Shown: positions 12,713 to 25,300 of the stretch, piece by piece
Numbering within the stretch: position 1 is the first letter of the stretch
Layout: each line of letters opens with the position of its first letter
The notes under the pieces: model-generated
The model's database searches: none
Seen by the model: the letters and a program-made list of their open reading frames with translations, nothing else
What the model was told of the DNA's origin: nothing
Source of the DNA: Lingula anatina
Lineage: Eukaryota; Animalia; Brachiopoda
NCBI GenBank assembly: GCA_051362555.1
Contig: CM120640.1
Location: 8,494,001-8,558,000 of the forward strand
Length of the DNA: 64,000 nucleotides
Reading direction: 5' to 3'
Translations under genes and position numbers: made by a program

Positions 12713-14811
12713 CTGGTAAATATAACGTCTGATGTTTGACCACATTTTACTTTCAACTGAACAAACAAGACAATTTCAGACTATGTATACACCTCTAAGT
12801 GCATTTGTGTATATATATACAGTAAAAAGCAGGTAAGGCCAGGTTACATATAAGTCTCAGGTTACAGGTTGTTCATAATTGCTTGACCTGGCATATACCT
12901 TATGATACTATGACACTAATCTGTAGCTTAGCAAAACCCATCAAACTTAAAGGTATACAATTGAAAAGGTCTCCAAGTAATTTTTTTTTCTATTTAGAAT
13001 TACATACCTGCAAAGCTGCACATTTTTCCCCATTTAGACCTTACTAAGGATAAAAAATCCATCAAATAAAAGTGCCATATACAAATATTTCCTTCTGATA
13101 CGTATAGTTAGACAGGGTGGGAAACACTTACAACTAAACCGTTTAACACAAATGGCATAAAACATTAAATGTAAGTACAGGGATAGGTCTAGCAATGTCC
13201 CGTAAATAAGAGAAAATAACTTTTTTTCCAAGGATAATTTGTTTCGGCAGAAAAATCCAAGAAAGGATACTTCAAACTCTCTTAAATTTTTAATGTTAAG
13301 TTTTCAACCCCATTCTTTGAGAAAAAAAGCCAAAGGGACACATGTTAGAATTCAGTAAATTTTACTGACATTTGTTTATAAATACATTCTCAGGAACTAT
13401 GACAACATGTGAAACCAAGTAAAAATACTTTCCTTCTTGGCAAAGCTGGGCCTGGTGTTCATTATTAAGACCAATTTAAATCAAACTAAAATACATACAT
13501 TCTTATAAAAGAAATGGGTTAACAAAGTAATATTCGATGAAAACAAATGTCCTATGGCTTCTATGAATTTATGGTGGACATCTAGTAACATGATCAAAAA
13601 AAATTAAAAAGTGCTGGTGTTCTATATATTCATGATGTACTAATATACTCATCATATCTTTGTCACGACAGGACCCCTTTTTGATTTCACACTAGTTAAT
13701 AGCTTCACTAGAGCCTTCACATCTTCAAAATTAATATCATCAAAATTTGTTGACCTACATCTGTCAAGTTTTTTGGTCTTGCTTCTGGCACAACAACACT
13801 TAAAGGGAAAGCACTGGTACAACAACACAAAAAAGTAAGTTCACGTACCACCTTTCATTATAACAACCAGGTTCTTTTTTTTTTCTTACACAATATTTTA
13901 TTCTAATATACACATGTCAAAAGAAGTGAGTAATTTTTTTAATTTAGGTTATTTTGGGTCACTTTTAAAGTGATAAAAAATTCTGAACAGGGAAAGACTT
14001 CATTGAAAAATTTCAGCTAGAAACTGGTAAACTTTGACTTCTGATAAATGAGTGTATTCCAATTAAATGAAATACTAGGTACCCCTGTTTTAAACCAAGG
14101 CAGACATGACTAACATTCAGACTAATACTTACCAGATTTAAGTTGACTGCCATGGCCTGTATTGGACCAAATTTTTGACATGATTTTATTGTGTTTCTTA
14201 GATATGTATATACACAACTAAAGTAAACATCACAACACTGCAACCCCTTTGATCAGCTGATGTTTTTTGAGGTCATGCCACTCTTTGGTTCACAAAATTG
14301 AAACCTGCCAAGCCATTTTACTCTTTTTTAAAATGACAGCACACCAGACAAGTGTCAAGTGTCAGACAAGTGTATGCAAGATTCATAATCACATATATGT
14401 TGTAAGATCATAATCAACAATGTGGCAATGGCAGTGGGAGGAGCTGGATAAGTTGTTTGTCTAAGCAACTTAGGTAGCCGCAAATTGTCAAACTTCAAAG
14501 TCAAAATGAATAGACAAAATTTGGACAAGTGTTTACATATCATTACTGCTATATTTGAGACATGATATTACGCCATTTAACTATGAAAATGAAATAACTA
14601 ATACCAATGCTACTAGTACTGCCAAACTATTGAATCTCATACATGCATATTATCTGGGGTAATCCAACAGACAATGTAGTACGGCATTTATTCTTTCTAA
14701 TCATATAATGTACCGATCTCAACATATTGTAAAATGGTTCACATACAGCGTTAACACGCAAATGAAAGTAAGAAAAACATCCAAACTTAGAAATGAGCTT
14801 GGTTGACTTAC

Positions 14812-15260
14812 CTGTTGAGCCACTAAAGGTTAAATAAAAACACATTTCGTGGTAACTATTTAGCCAACAGTCCTCCATGTTGTTGATATTAGTTTCGCTC
14901 CCGCGCACTTGTAACAGCGCAGGGTCGCTTAGGTTCACTTTAGAAACTGATTGTGTTAGATGAGAGTTAATGCAATTTGACAATTCTTCATGTGAAGTGT
15001 ATAATTGCCGTTTTATTTTACATACATATTTCTTTGAAGAAAAACGATGTGTTGCTTTGCAATTTTAGACCCTTGTATAAATTTTCGTATATATGACTTC
15101 GTGCCGCACAGTGTCCTTTGTAAAAAAAGTGAAAGTGTTAAAAGAGGCTTTTTTGTGCAAAAAAGTAGGAGCTGGCATACGAGAGATGGAGGGAGGGGGC
15201 TACTGCAGTACATCGCGCAAAACACTGTGGTTTGCCTGCTTGAATTATTTTTTCACTGTC
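14812..15260 (-). promoter_or_regulatory. Probable non-coding first exon and promoter of the ROCO gene
   Basis: Consensus donor CAG|GTAAGT on the minus strand at 14812/14811, in a locally CpG-enriched segment upstream of the first coding exon. Confidence 0.45.
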
Positions 15261-16289
15261 CTCAAGAGAAATGAATGAAGATGCATTTTTCCTCTGGTGA
15301 ATATGAATCCCCTTTATCATCATCTAATCTAATGCGATTACTAGTTAATGGATCACTTGTGTTCCATAAATCCCATTCTACTGCATCAGGACTTGGATTT
15401 TACAGGTCAAATAAATTAATAACCTGGCTTTCATAGCCTTCCTCTATTTTTTTCACTCTCTAAAAACAACGGTACAGTTTTTATGATTTTTTGAAAACCA
15501 ATGTAGGGTGTGGGACTATTAACCCTCTCAATCCCCCTTGGTACATGTACTGAGTATATATAATCAAAGGTTCGTCTACTCAGTCATAAAATATGTACAT
15601 CACTTAGCAGGGATGATACCAGTCCTCACTGAAAAAGTAGGAAAATTGGCAGGGGTTTCAGGGTACACAAATCACAAGAAAGACCCAAATGACCCTGAAA
15701 AAGTCTCATCAGTGACTAAATCTCATCAAATGTTTCTACAACAAAGTTATATACATTGCATAATTTCTGCCTGGTCCCAAGCAACTACAACTCCTCTTAA
15801 TTTAAGCAAAAATATTTTATTAAACCAAACAAATACTGAATATATGGCACAATAATTAGTTGAAGCAACTTCCAATAACAAATTCTCATCAAAACAAACA
15901 TTAAAGAGAGGTATGTTAGAACCTTTTGCCCATGGCAATAAACACATTAACACTCAACATCTTTACATGTAAAGTACAAACTTAATGTGCTTCTTTCAAC
16001 ACAATGTACACTGGCATTAAAGTTTGCCAAACAATTCCATACAAATAACACAGAATATTGCTTTTTAAGAAAATTTAATGGAATGTGCTTTGGGCATGAA
16101 ATGAGCATGCAGAGCTAGGGAGCCACTTTTACATGGCAAACAGATAAAAGAGCCAAACACAAATCAAACTCTGAATACCAAACAGGCTCTACCTACATCT
16201 GCCCATCATGTAGTAAAGAATGTCAATTACAAGTGTTTTTCATTAGAAGTTGAAACACCAAACTTAAACAGTTGTTTCACACTTTGATC

Positions 16290-19200
16290 TCAATCTTTTT
16301 TCACATTAGGTTTAAAAGCAACGATATGTATATTCATAGTCTCCGGCACTGGCACTGGATCATTGGGGATGAAACCAGCCTTCTTCAACAGCTCCATTGG
16401 TACCTCCATACCCATGGTGATTCCATGCCCCTCATGAGGGTTATAGAATCTTGGCTGGTTTTCCTCAACAGCAGACACTTCTTTAGAGTTGGCTTCAGCT
16501 GATTCTTCTTTCTTGGCATCGTCATGTCCAGTCTCCTTTTTGCCCTTGTGTGCATCAGCTGCCCCATGACTGCCTTTGTGACCCTTTGCATGAGACTCCA
16601 CGTGCTTGTGAGGATCATGACTTTTGTCTCCATGGCTAACTCTACGTGCTTTACCATGACCAGTCCCAGTGGCATCATGGCTTTTATCAACATGGCCTTG
16701 TGTTTCACCTCCATGGCTGCCCCTGCGGCCTGCAACATGGCCAGCCCCAGCTGAATCATGTTGCTCATCATGACTCTTTACATCTGCTCCATGGCTTCCT
16801 CTCCTACCTTTGGCATGGGTGGCAGCATCATGTTTAGGTGCAACATGCCCATGACCATGAGCTTTCTTGTGCCCTACAGTGTGACCATGCCCATGTGCAT
16901 GACCATGTCCATGACCATGCCCATGGCCATGATCCATTCCAGTGGAAATCAGCTTGAAGGCATAGAGTGGTATAGCTGTCCACTTCCCAATGTTATCTTG
17001 CAGCTCATTGTGGATGTTGGAATCAAAGATGGAAAATATACCACCAGGCTTGAGGGCTTTATACACCCCGGTCATCATTTTCATGGGATCCTCCAGATGA
17101 TGGACTGCATTGGTAACAGTGCAGTAGTCCAGATACTCTATCCAAACTGCTGGCAAGTTTTCTGCACTGCCTGTTTGAAAGCTGGCATTCTTTAAGCCCA
17201 TTGTTTCTGCTTGTTTTCTTCCAGGAGCCAGGATCTCATCTGTCAAGTCGATACCAATCACTTTACTTTTTGGATACATCTTTGCAAGCATGTTGACATA
17301 GTTGCCTGATCCACACCCCAAGTCACACACCTTGATGCCTTTTTCTGAAGGAGTGAATAAATTATGCACATCAATTGTCAGAAAAAAATAAAGGGAAGTG
17401 ATTTTTATCTCAATATGTCATATACAAGGGACTTTATGTCCCTCTGCTCTTTGTGCTTTTTGTGATATAAAATTACTGCCACTGCCATTATGCAACAGAA
17501 AAGTGCAAAAGAAAATGTTCAAAATTTCACTTGGCATAAACTTTCACATGCTGTGTCATTACATATACTCTATTAAGTCAACAAATGTGCTTTATATCGA
17601 CAATGAACAGACTATTTTACTATAATGAGGGATAAATTGTATAACAGGAATTACAGCCTGCATGAGGTAAGAAACTATTGGATTTTGTTTGCATTGGGGA
17701 AGAACGACTGTTGCAATAAAAATCTCACCAAGCTTTGTCTTCAAACCAGGCACCTGTGCAATAATTTCTCTCAAGAAACTTGGAGAATATTTCTTGTTGT
17801 TCTCCATTTCATAATGACTAAAGAATTGCTTCATTTGCTCATGCTTTATTCCCCCTGAAAATGAAAGAAATCTTAAAATCATTACTATAAAATCATAGAA
17901 TTAGGGTAGTTGCAAAGAATTCTAAGAAGGAGCACAGACCAACCTTCACACCAATTCCACACATTTTCATACAAAATCAAAATACTTATTTCTATCTCAA
18001 TCTTCCAAAAGAATGATTTTTTTCCATTATATTAATTTTGACATCAGGTAAGGAAATGGTATGTTGCTATTTTAAATAACAGTCACACTTATTAACATAT
18101 TTGGCAAAATTGCTAGAATTAAAAAATATTTAATTTTCTTTACCTTTTGAATCCTTTTTGAATCCTTTCACTATATCGCCACTGCATGCGGCATACATAG
18201 AGAGCAGTTTGGTCGTACCGCCTAAATTGGCCTCCGTTGATTTTAAGGACTGCACTCTGTGTTTAGGCAAGAAAAAGAGGGTGTCACCTTCATGCAGCAC
18301 CATATCAACAATCTTTGCTGTTACCATCAAATGAAGCCATGCCCTGATAAACCTGAACAAAACAATGACAATTACAATGAATATATGTAAACACATTGCT
18401 CACATGCAGATAGATGATTTACAAAATGCTAAAAAAAAGTATAGTGGTGGCAATAAAATCATTCTTTATAAACAAATCTGCATTAACCTGCTTAACAATG
18501 TTATACAAGTTATGAACTATTCTGCATGCTTAACTAGAAGATACAACATTATTAGTTATTTTTTATCTACTATTTTATCCACAATTTACAGCAAAAATAA
18601 AGTGCATTCTTTTTTCTTGTTACATTTTCCTAATATCCCAATGCACATACTTCAAAGTGATGATTATGCTTTTGAGCATCAAGTAGTATTGTATCAAAAT
18701 TGACAAAAACCCTATTTTGTACACTATCATAGTTATTTCTGCTTAATAAACATTATATATCACCCAAAAACAATATAGAGACCTGTGCATTTCAAATGCT
18801 GAAGTATCAAAACATAAAATTGAATGAATTTGAAGTTGTATTCTATTTTTTAAAAAACATGTGTCTAGAAAAAAAATCCATGGCTGTCCTAATTTTACAC
18901 AGATCTACATTTAATTTTTATCATGTCTGTACTTTATGTAATAAAGTAATTTACAAATTGCATTCCAATATATTTTGTTGTGATTCAGTCTTGGTAAATT
19001 ATATATGACGTAAGAATATTTATAATTTATTTTTTATTTTTAAACTGTAACTCAAGGGGCTTTGTGCCTGGCTAATACTACACTAAACATGTAAATATTT
19101 GAAGAGCATGCCCGTGACCTCATTTGCACCTCCGTATTGGGTCTGTACATAAAAAAGTGCTGCCTTGTTAATCTTACTTTAGTAGCACGCAAATTCACCA

Positions 19201-19488
19201 TAAAGGACTGAAGATCATGAAGATGCAACATATAAGTACTTTGCGTCAGTTTTCGGTCTGACATGCTTAGTTTACATGTGAGGCCGAAAACTTAGTAAAA
19301 TAAGTATAACTAGCTTACTCTTCTTTGCAATCGGATGCATCAGCTATCTCTTGTGAGGTTTTCGGTTGATCAAATTTCCCCAAGATATCAAACAGCTTCA
19401 GCTCGTAACCCACAGCGATAAAGATACTGGTGTGGCCGTTTGATATCAAGGATCCAAGATTCTCCCTGAAAGATTCAGCTGTTTCCAT
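16290..19488 (-). CDS. Class I SAM-dependent methyltransferase, Rv2258c-like (N-terminal winged helix), with His-rich insertion
   Basis: Exons 19488-19319 (METAESF..IAVGYELKLFDIL..TSQEIADASDCKE), 18352-18144 (EFIRAWLHLMVTAKIV), 17854-17729, 17344-16290 (motif I VCDLGCGSG; VIGIDL; HHLEDP..YKALKPGG; C-terminal LLKKAGF). Splice phases match. Confidence 0.9.
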
Positions 19489-19767
19489 TTTTAAAGATTT
19501 TGTGCAACTGTTTACCGGCTGGTTTAGTCTGGTGTACGAGTTCAAGGCCAGCACCGTGTTTACCTCCTCGCTGTAGTAAACATATCGATTTTGTCACATC
19601 GAGGCTAAAGCGCTGTTTGACCACGGTTAGCCTAGTTTTTTATCAAGATAAGAACCACCCACCTTTCCCTACATAAAATTTTATGACATTATTCCCGCGT
19701 GTGTCTGCCATGTGCCTTGTTACACCATTTTTAATATTTTTTCTGTTTTTGTTTGTCCTATCCCCTG

Positions 19768-19953
19768 CAGGCCCGTAGCCAGGGGGGGGGGGGGTTCGGG
19801 GGGTTCGAGAGGACCGCCCCTTTTGCTGGGAAAAGGTCCACTCTGGTTAAAATTTGATCTAGGTACATGAAGTTTTTATTGGAAAAGGTCCACTTTTTCA
19901 AAAAAAAAAAAAAAAAGGCCCCCCCCCTTTTGAAATTGCTGGCTACGGGCCTG
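19768..19953. mobile_element. MITE with CAGGCCCGTAGCCAG TIRs
   Basis: CAGGCCCGTAGCCAG ... CTGGCTACGGGCCTG perfect inverted termini with poly-G/poly-C subterminal runs; ~280 bp upstream of the methyltransferase ATG. Confidence 0.85.
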
Positions 19954-20568
19954 CCCTATCTGTCTCTCTCTCACTCGCTCTCTCAAGAAGATAAGTTCAG
20001 TCTTAGACGAATAAAAATTTGTTTTTTTTTTTTTTTTTGGGGGGGGGGTTTGATTTACCCCGCTAAGATAATTTGGAATGACAAAAATACAAAGACTGTT
20101 CTAAAAAAACTTATCTAAAACCGCGCTTTGAAAGAGTGAATAGGCCTAAGGTGATTAGGCCTACAGATAGAACTTCAAAGCTATATATATGCATGCAAGG
20201 CGAGTTTGACCTTTAGGACTGCATGGCAAAACAATATATAAATTTTCTAAACTTAATTAGTTAAAAAACAGCTTTTTAACACAAATTTACAAATGGGACG
20301 GCAAGAGCCCGCTCAAACAAATTCATGTAGATAGTCAGCTAACAGCTGGTTAAAAAAGTCATTACAAAAATATTACGTTTATTCATGAATGTAAGACGTC
20401 ATTTTGGCAGTGTGCGGCGGCTTCATCTTAGAGGGTAGGGAATACCTTTTGGCTTTTGCGTTCCGCGTGATTGGCCTTATTTTTCGAATGTGATAAGTTA
20501 TTTGAGCCCAATATTCTGCGTGAAACGTGATTCAGAAATTCTTGGTGATTGATGATTGGTCTGAATAT

Positions 20569-21164
20569 TGTAACGATTTTACATAGCCTTAAAATTCATG
20601 GTAAAATTGCCGCAGTAAGCTTTAGCCTTTTGTTTACATTCTTGTGTGTGTTGAACTTTGAACCTTAAGTTGGAATGGCTTGTAAGTGGTATCAGTTTAC
20701 GAAAGAGGGGATTGTGGTGTCCAGTAGAGGGGTTGGCGGTCAACCATTCAAGGCCGTCCACTTTTACTCTGGCTGCCAGTCAAAGTAGCAGTGAACCATT
20801 CAAGGCCGTCCACTTTTGAAATGTATAAATACAGCTGCTCTTCGCAGTGTTGTTCAGTTAGAGTTCAGTTAGAGTTACTGTAGAGTATAGTGGCAGTACT
20901 CAGTGAGAGTATAGTGTCAGACTTAGTTTCACAACTTAGTTTGAGTCAGTTTCACAATATAGTTCCAGTTAGTTTATTGTAGCTGAGTTGCAGTTGTTTA
21001 AATTAGAAGTACAGCAGTACAGCAAGAATAGAGACAGTGTTTAGTAAAAGATACAGAAACATGTACATTTGTGTTGAGAGTTTACAAAACAGAGACCTTG
21101 TTTTGTTGGTGGCAGCGAAGTAAGAGAACCGTACACTGGTGGCAGAAAAGCGAAGACCTTTACA
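20569..21164 (+). repeat. 5' LTR (596 bp)
   Basis: TGTAAC...TTTACA; matches 26974-27569 at offset 6405; TATAAATA at ~20824; internal direct repeat AACCATTCAAGGCCGTCCACTTTT. Confidence 0.97.
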
Positions 21165-21165
21165 C

Positions 21166-21184
21166 TGGTGGCAAGCGCTGGGAT
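21166..21184 (+). promoter_or_regulatory. Primer binding site, tRNA-Leu-like
   Basis: TGGTGGCAAGCGCTGGGAT one base after the LTR; near-complement of the tRNA-Leu(AAG/TAG) 3' end (expected TGGTGGCAGCGGTGGGAT). Confidence 0.75.
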
Positions 21185-21245
21185 ACAGACTTTAACACGC
21201 CGGGAGAAAACTCAAGAAATCAAAGAAAAAGTCAAGAAATTCAAA

Positions 21246-22373
21246 ATGCCTCCTAAAAAGGACAACAGATCTGACCAGGAGGAAGTGAGAAACCTGGAGG
21301 AACAGTTAGAAGAAGCCTGCAGAGCTCTTGAAGCTGAAAAAGAAAATTCTACTCACAGAATACAAGTTGCTGTAGAAGAAGCAGAGGCAGAAAAAGAAAG
21401 ATTACTAAGAAATGCTAAAGAGAATGCTGACATCTTAGAGGCACGTGCTGAGGCTGCAGAACAGAGAGTCAGAGCCCTAGAGCGACAGAAAGAGACAGAA
21501 ATAGAACACAGAGCCCAGAATGACCGCATATCAGAAACAATAACCCCTACACTTACCCCATTTCACAGAATTAACGGCCGTAGTAACTTTGAAATACCTT
21601 TGCCCAGACAGACTCTCTTTAGTGGAAAAGAATCCTGGGAGGGTTTCATTGAACCATTCAAAGCACTAAGCCAGACTTGTGAATGGAGTGAGTCTGAGAA
21701 ACTGTTTAGATTATGTAACAGTCTGCGTGGTGAGGCTGCTGATTTCGCCTTTGTGCAGTTGTCAGCAGAAGTGGTAAATTCCTACCCTCTGCTACAGAGG
21801 GCGTTGCAAAACCGATTTCAAGAAAAGCGTACTACAAGCTCCTATCTGTCAGAGCTAGAAAATAGAAAGCTTAGTTCAAGAGAGAAACTGCCAGAGTACA
21901 TATCCGATATTAGAAAGTTAGTGTTAAAAGGTTACCCGACGGCTGACTGCACCACACGTGAGGCCATTGCATTGCGCCATTTCATAAAAGGGTTGCCAGA
22001 CCATCAAGCCGCCGTGGCAGTGGGCATGAAAACGCCCAAAAATCTAGACGAAGCAAGGGAGGCCCTTGAAATGTATAACAGTCTAAGAGAAGAGGCAGTG
22101 AAAAGACCAAGTGTTAGGGCAGCAAATCCTGAGGCTGTTGTAACAGAAAGTCAGCTACACCAGCTTGAAAAGAAGTTTGACAAGAAGTTAGATGAAATTA
22201 AAGATTTGATATTGAAAGAGAAAGCAAAAGACACGAAAAGTCCTCCACCACCCAAGTCAGAAAATTGGAAAAACAACATAGAGTGTTTCAAGTGCCATAG
22301 ATATGGGCATCTGGCAAGAGAATGCAAGGCACCTGTGAAAGAGGCTCAGCATGTAAACAACCAGGGAAACTGA
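21246..22373 (+). CDS. gag: Gag (N-terminal coiled coil, capsid, CCHC zinc knuckle)
   Basis: First ATG at 21246 (MPPKKDN); capsid motifs FSGKESWEGF, LCNSLRGEA, FIKGLP; zinc knuckle CFKCHRYGHLAREC. Confidence 0.93.
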   Translation: MPPKKDNRSDQEEVRNLEEQLEEACRALEAEKENSTHRIQVAVEEAEAEKERLLRNAKENADILEARAEAAEQRVRALERQKETEIEHRAQNDRISETITPTLTPFHRINGRSNFEIPLPRQTLFSGKESWEGFIEPFKALSQTCEWSESEKLFRLCNSLRGEAADFAFVQLSAEVVNSYPLLQRALQNRFQEKRTTSSYLSELENRKLSSREKLPEYISDIRKLVLKGYPTADCTTREAIALRHFIKGLPDHQAAVAVGMKTPKNLDEAREALEMYNSLREEAVKRPSVRAANPEAVVTESQLHQLEKKFDKKLDEIKDLILKEKAKDTKSPPPPKSENWKNNIECFKCHRYGHLARECKAPVKEAQHVNNQGN

Positions 22374-25300
22374 GAAGGGGCATTCCAGCCGGCCAGAATG
22401 AACCCCTAAAAACACCTGTTGACAGTGACATTGAAACCGTCAGTTGTAGAAATGCTAGTGTTTCTTGGCCAGTGAAGATTCAGGGCCAAGAAGTGAACTT
22501 TATTGTAGACACTGGTGCGTCAAAAACAATTATAGCTACCCACATTTATGAACGAATTCCCCATGATTTTAGACCTGAACTGAAAAAGACTCATAGAAAA
22601 TTGCAGTTGCAGGTTGCAGACAGTAGAAACATTGAAATTGAAGGCCATGTGGAAATAAGTTTTCAGTCTGGCGAAGAATTGTTTGTGTGGGACATGCTTG
22701 TAGCAAAAATAAAGGACGATGGTTTGTTAGGAATGGACTTCCTGTGCCATCATGATTTTTCACTAGGTGTGAACGGACTGAAACTTAATGGGAAGAGAGT
22801 GCCATGTTTGGTTGAGAGGGAACCAAAGCATGCCTTTAGAGTGACAGTGACTAATGACGTTATTATTCCTGCAAACAGTGAGTTGATCATAGAAGGGACA
22901 GTTGATTCTAGCAAAATAAAATCAGTATTCGGACTGGTAGAGGAAATTCCAGAGAAGTCAAGTGATTTTCTGATCGGACATGTGCTAGTTGATCCTTTCA
23001 GAAGAGACAATAAAATACCTGTGAGACTCCTTAACCCTTCTAATGAAGACATTTCACTTTTGAAAGACACCTGCGTTGCTCATTTACATGAAGTAGACCA
23101 TGTGATTGGTGATAAACTTGAAGATAGCCTTTCTGTGCCCATCTTACGAGCAGACTTAACCCCTGGTAAACAAAAGTCAGACTTAACCCTTCATAGCCCA
23201 GAATTGCCCGAGTACCTGGCTGACCTCTATAAACAGTCAGGTGAAAATTTGACTGACTTTGAAAGATGTGAATTAAAGAAACTCCTGCAGAAGCACAGTG
23301 ATGTTTTTGCCAAGTCTTCCAGTGACATGGGTCACACATCTGTCGTGAAGCATAAGATCGTCACTGGTGATGCAAGACCCATAAAACAGCAGCCCAGAAG
23401 ACCCCCTAGAGCGTTTGCTGGGGAAGAAGAGAAAATAATTCAGGAACAGCTCCAAAATGGTGTTATTAGAGAGTCCACCTCACCTTGGTCATCTCCACTA
23501 GTTTACGTCAAGAAAAAGGATGGAACAACAAGACCCTGTGTTGACTATCGACGCTTAAATGATGTAACAGTGAAAGATGCTTACCCTCTACCTCGAATAA
23601 ATGACTGTTTAGACTCTCTTGGTGGTTCAATTTTCTTTTCAATAGCTGATTGCCAGAGCGGGTATTATCAAATCGAGGTGGCAGAAGAAGATAAGCCAAA
23701 GACTGCATTTGTGACCAGAAATGGGTTATACGAATATAATGTTATGCCTTTTGGTCTTTCTAATTCTCCTTCAACCTTCGAACGGTGTATGGAACTGATT
23801 TTACGTGGTTTGCAGTGGCAGACAGTGTTGATTTACCTTGATGACATTATTGTGTTTGGTAAATCGTTTGAAGAACACTATAAGAGACTTGACGAGGTTT
23901 TTAATCGTCTTGGAAAAGCAGGGCTAAAACTGAAGCCAAGCAAATGCAGGTTGTTTCAAACTGAAGTTCAGTTTTTGGGACATGTAGTGACACAAGATGG
24001 CGTTAAACCAGATCCTGAGAAGGTAGAATGTATAAAGAAATGGCCAGTTCCCAGGAATCTGACTGATGTACGTAGTTTTCTAGGACTGTGCTCATATTAT
24101 CGTAGATTTATTAGAGGATTTTCAACAAGAGCTGCTCCAATTAACCATCTGCTCCAGGCCGGCCAGGCGTTTACTTGGACGGAATCTTGTCAGACAGCAT
24201 TTGAGGACCTCAAAAGTGCCCTTACAGGTGATGAAGTAATGGCGTATCCAAGAGACCAAGGACTGTATATTCTTGACACTGATGCTTCAGCCACGGGCAT
24301 TGGTGCCGTTTTATCTCAGTTACAGTGGTGTGAGAAGACCCAGAAAGAAATAGAGAAACCAGTCGCGTATGCAAGTAAGTCATTGACGAAAACTCAACGC
24401 CGTTACTGCGTGACTAGAAAAGAACTGCTTGCCGTTGTTACCTTTGTTCAACAATTCAGACACCATTTATTGGGTAGACAGTTTTTGGTACGAAGCGATC
24501 ACAGTGCCCTCCGATGGGTTATGTCCTTTAAGGAGCCCAATGATCAGATGGCCAGATGGCTGGAAGTGCTATCACAGTATGATTTTAAAATAGAACACCG
24601 AGCAGGGGCTAGACACGGTAACGCAGATGCAGTATCGAGATTTCCATGCGACCCAGACGAGTGTCCATGCTATGATGGAGAGTCCATTTTAAGCAATTTG
24701 CCATGCGAGGGTTGTGTACAGTGTAAAAAGAAACATGAACAGTGGTCCAGATATCTCGAAGAAGAAGTCGTCCCGTTAGTTATAAGAAGAACGACAGAAA
24801 ACCAAAAGAAAGAACTAAAATCAGACAATGGAGTCTGCGGCAGTGGTCAAGCATCGGGAAACCAAGGAAAATGTCCAGTAAAACGTGTGTATACAGCAGC
24901 TTGTTCAGTTTTATTGACAGGCCTTTACACCCTACTGACATTGTTCTTTGCAATCCTGAGCTGGGTGACCATGAAATTCAAGTGTATCTTTAAGGAAGTT
25001 AGAGCACTTTCTCTTCGAAGGATGAGAGTTTCCAAGAAAAGGGAAGTGCTGCCTAGAGAAAACTTGACATTCAAGGATCAAGATTTTTCTCATGGTGATG
25101 AAGATATAGATCTCAGTGAATCTGAGAGTGACAGAGATAGACTTCCAGCCAAGTGGCTGGGCAGTTACACTGTGAATGAATTGTTTAATTTGCAGCGTAA
25201 AGACCCCGAGTTGAAGACTGTGTTGGACTGGAAGGAACAGTCATCACAGAGACCAGAAAGAGATAAAGTGGCCGCAGAAAGTCCTGCAGTGCGACAGTTA

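Noticed and set aside
16385-17195. Met-rich overlapping ORFs in other frames of the methyltransferase exon
   Set aside because: By-product of CATG-rich His-Gly codon repeats.
20579-20761. Identical 60-aa antisense ORFs at 20579-20761 and 26984-27166
   Set aside because: They only reflect the duplicated LTR; non-ATG start and no recognisable domain.
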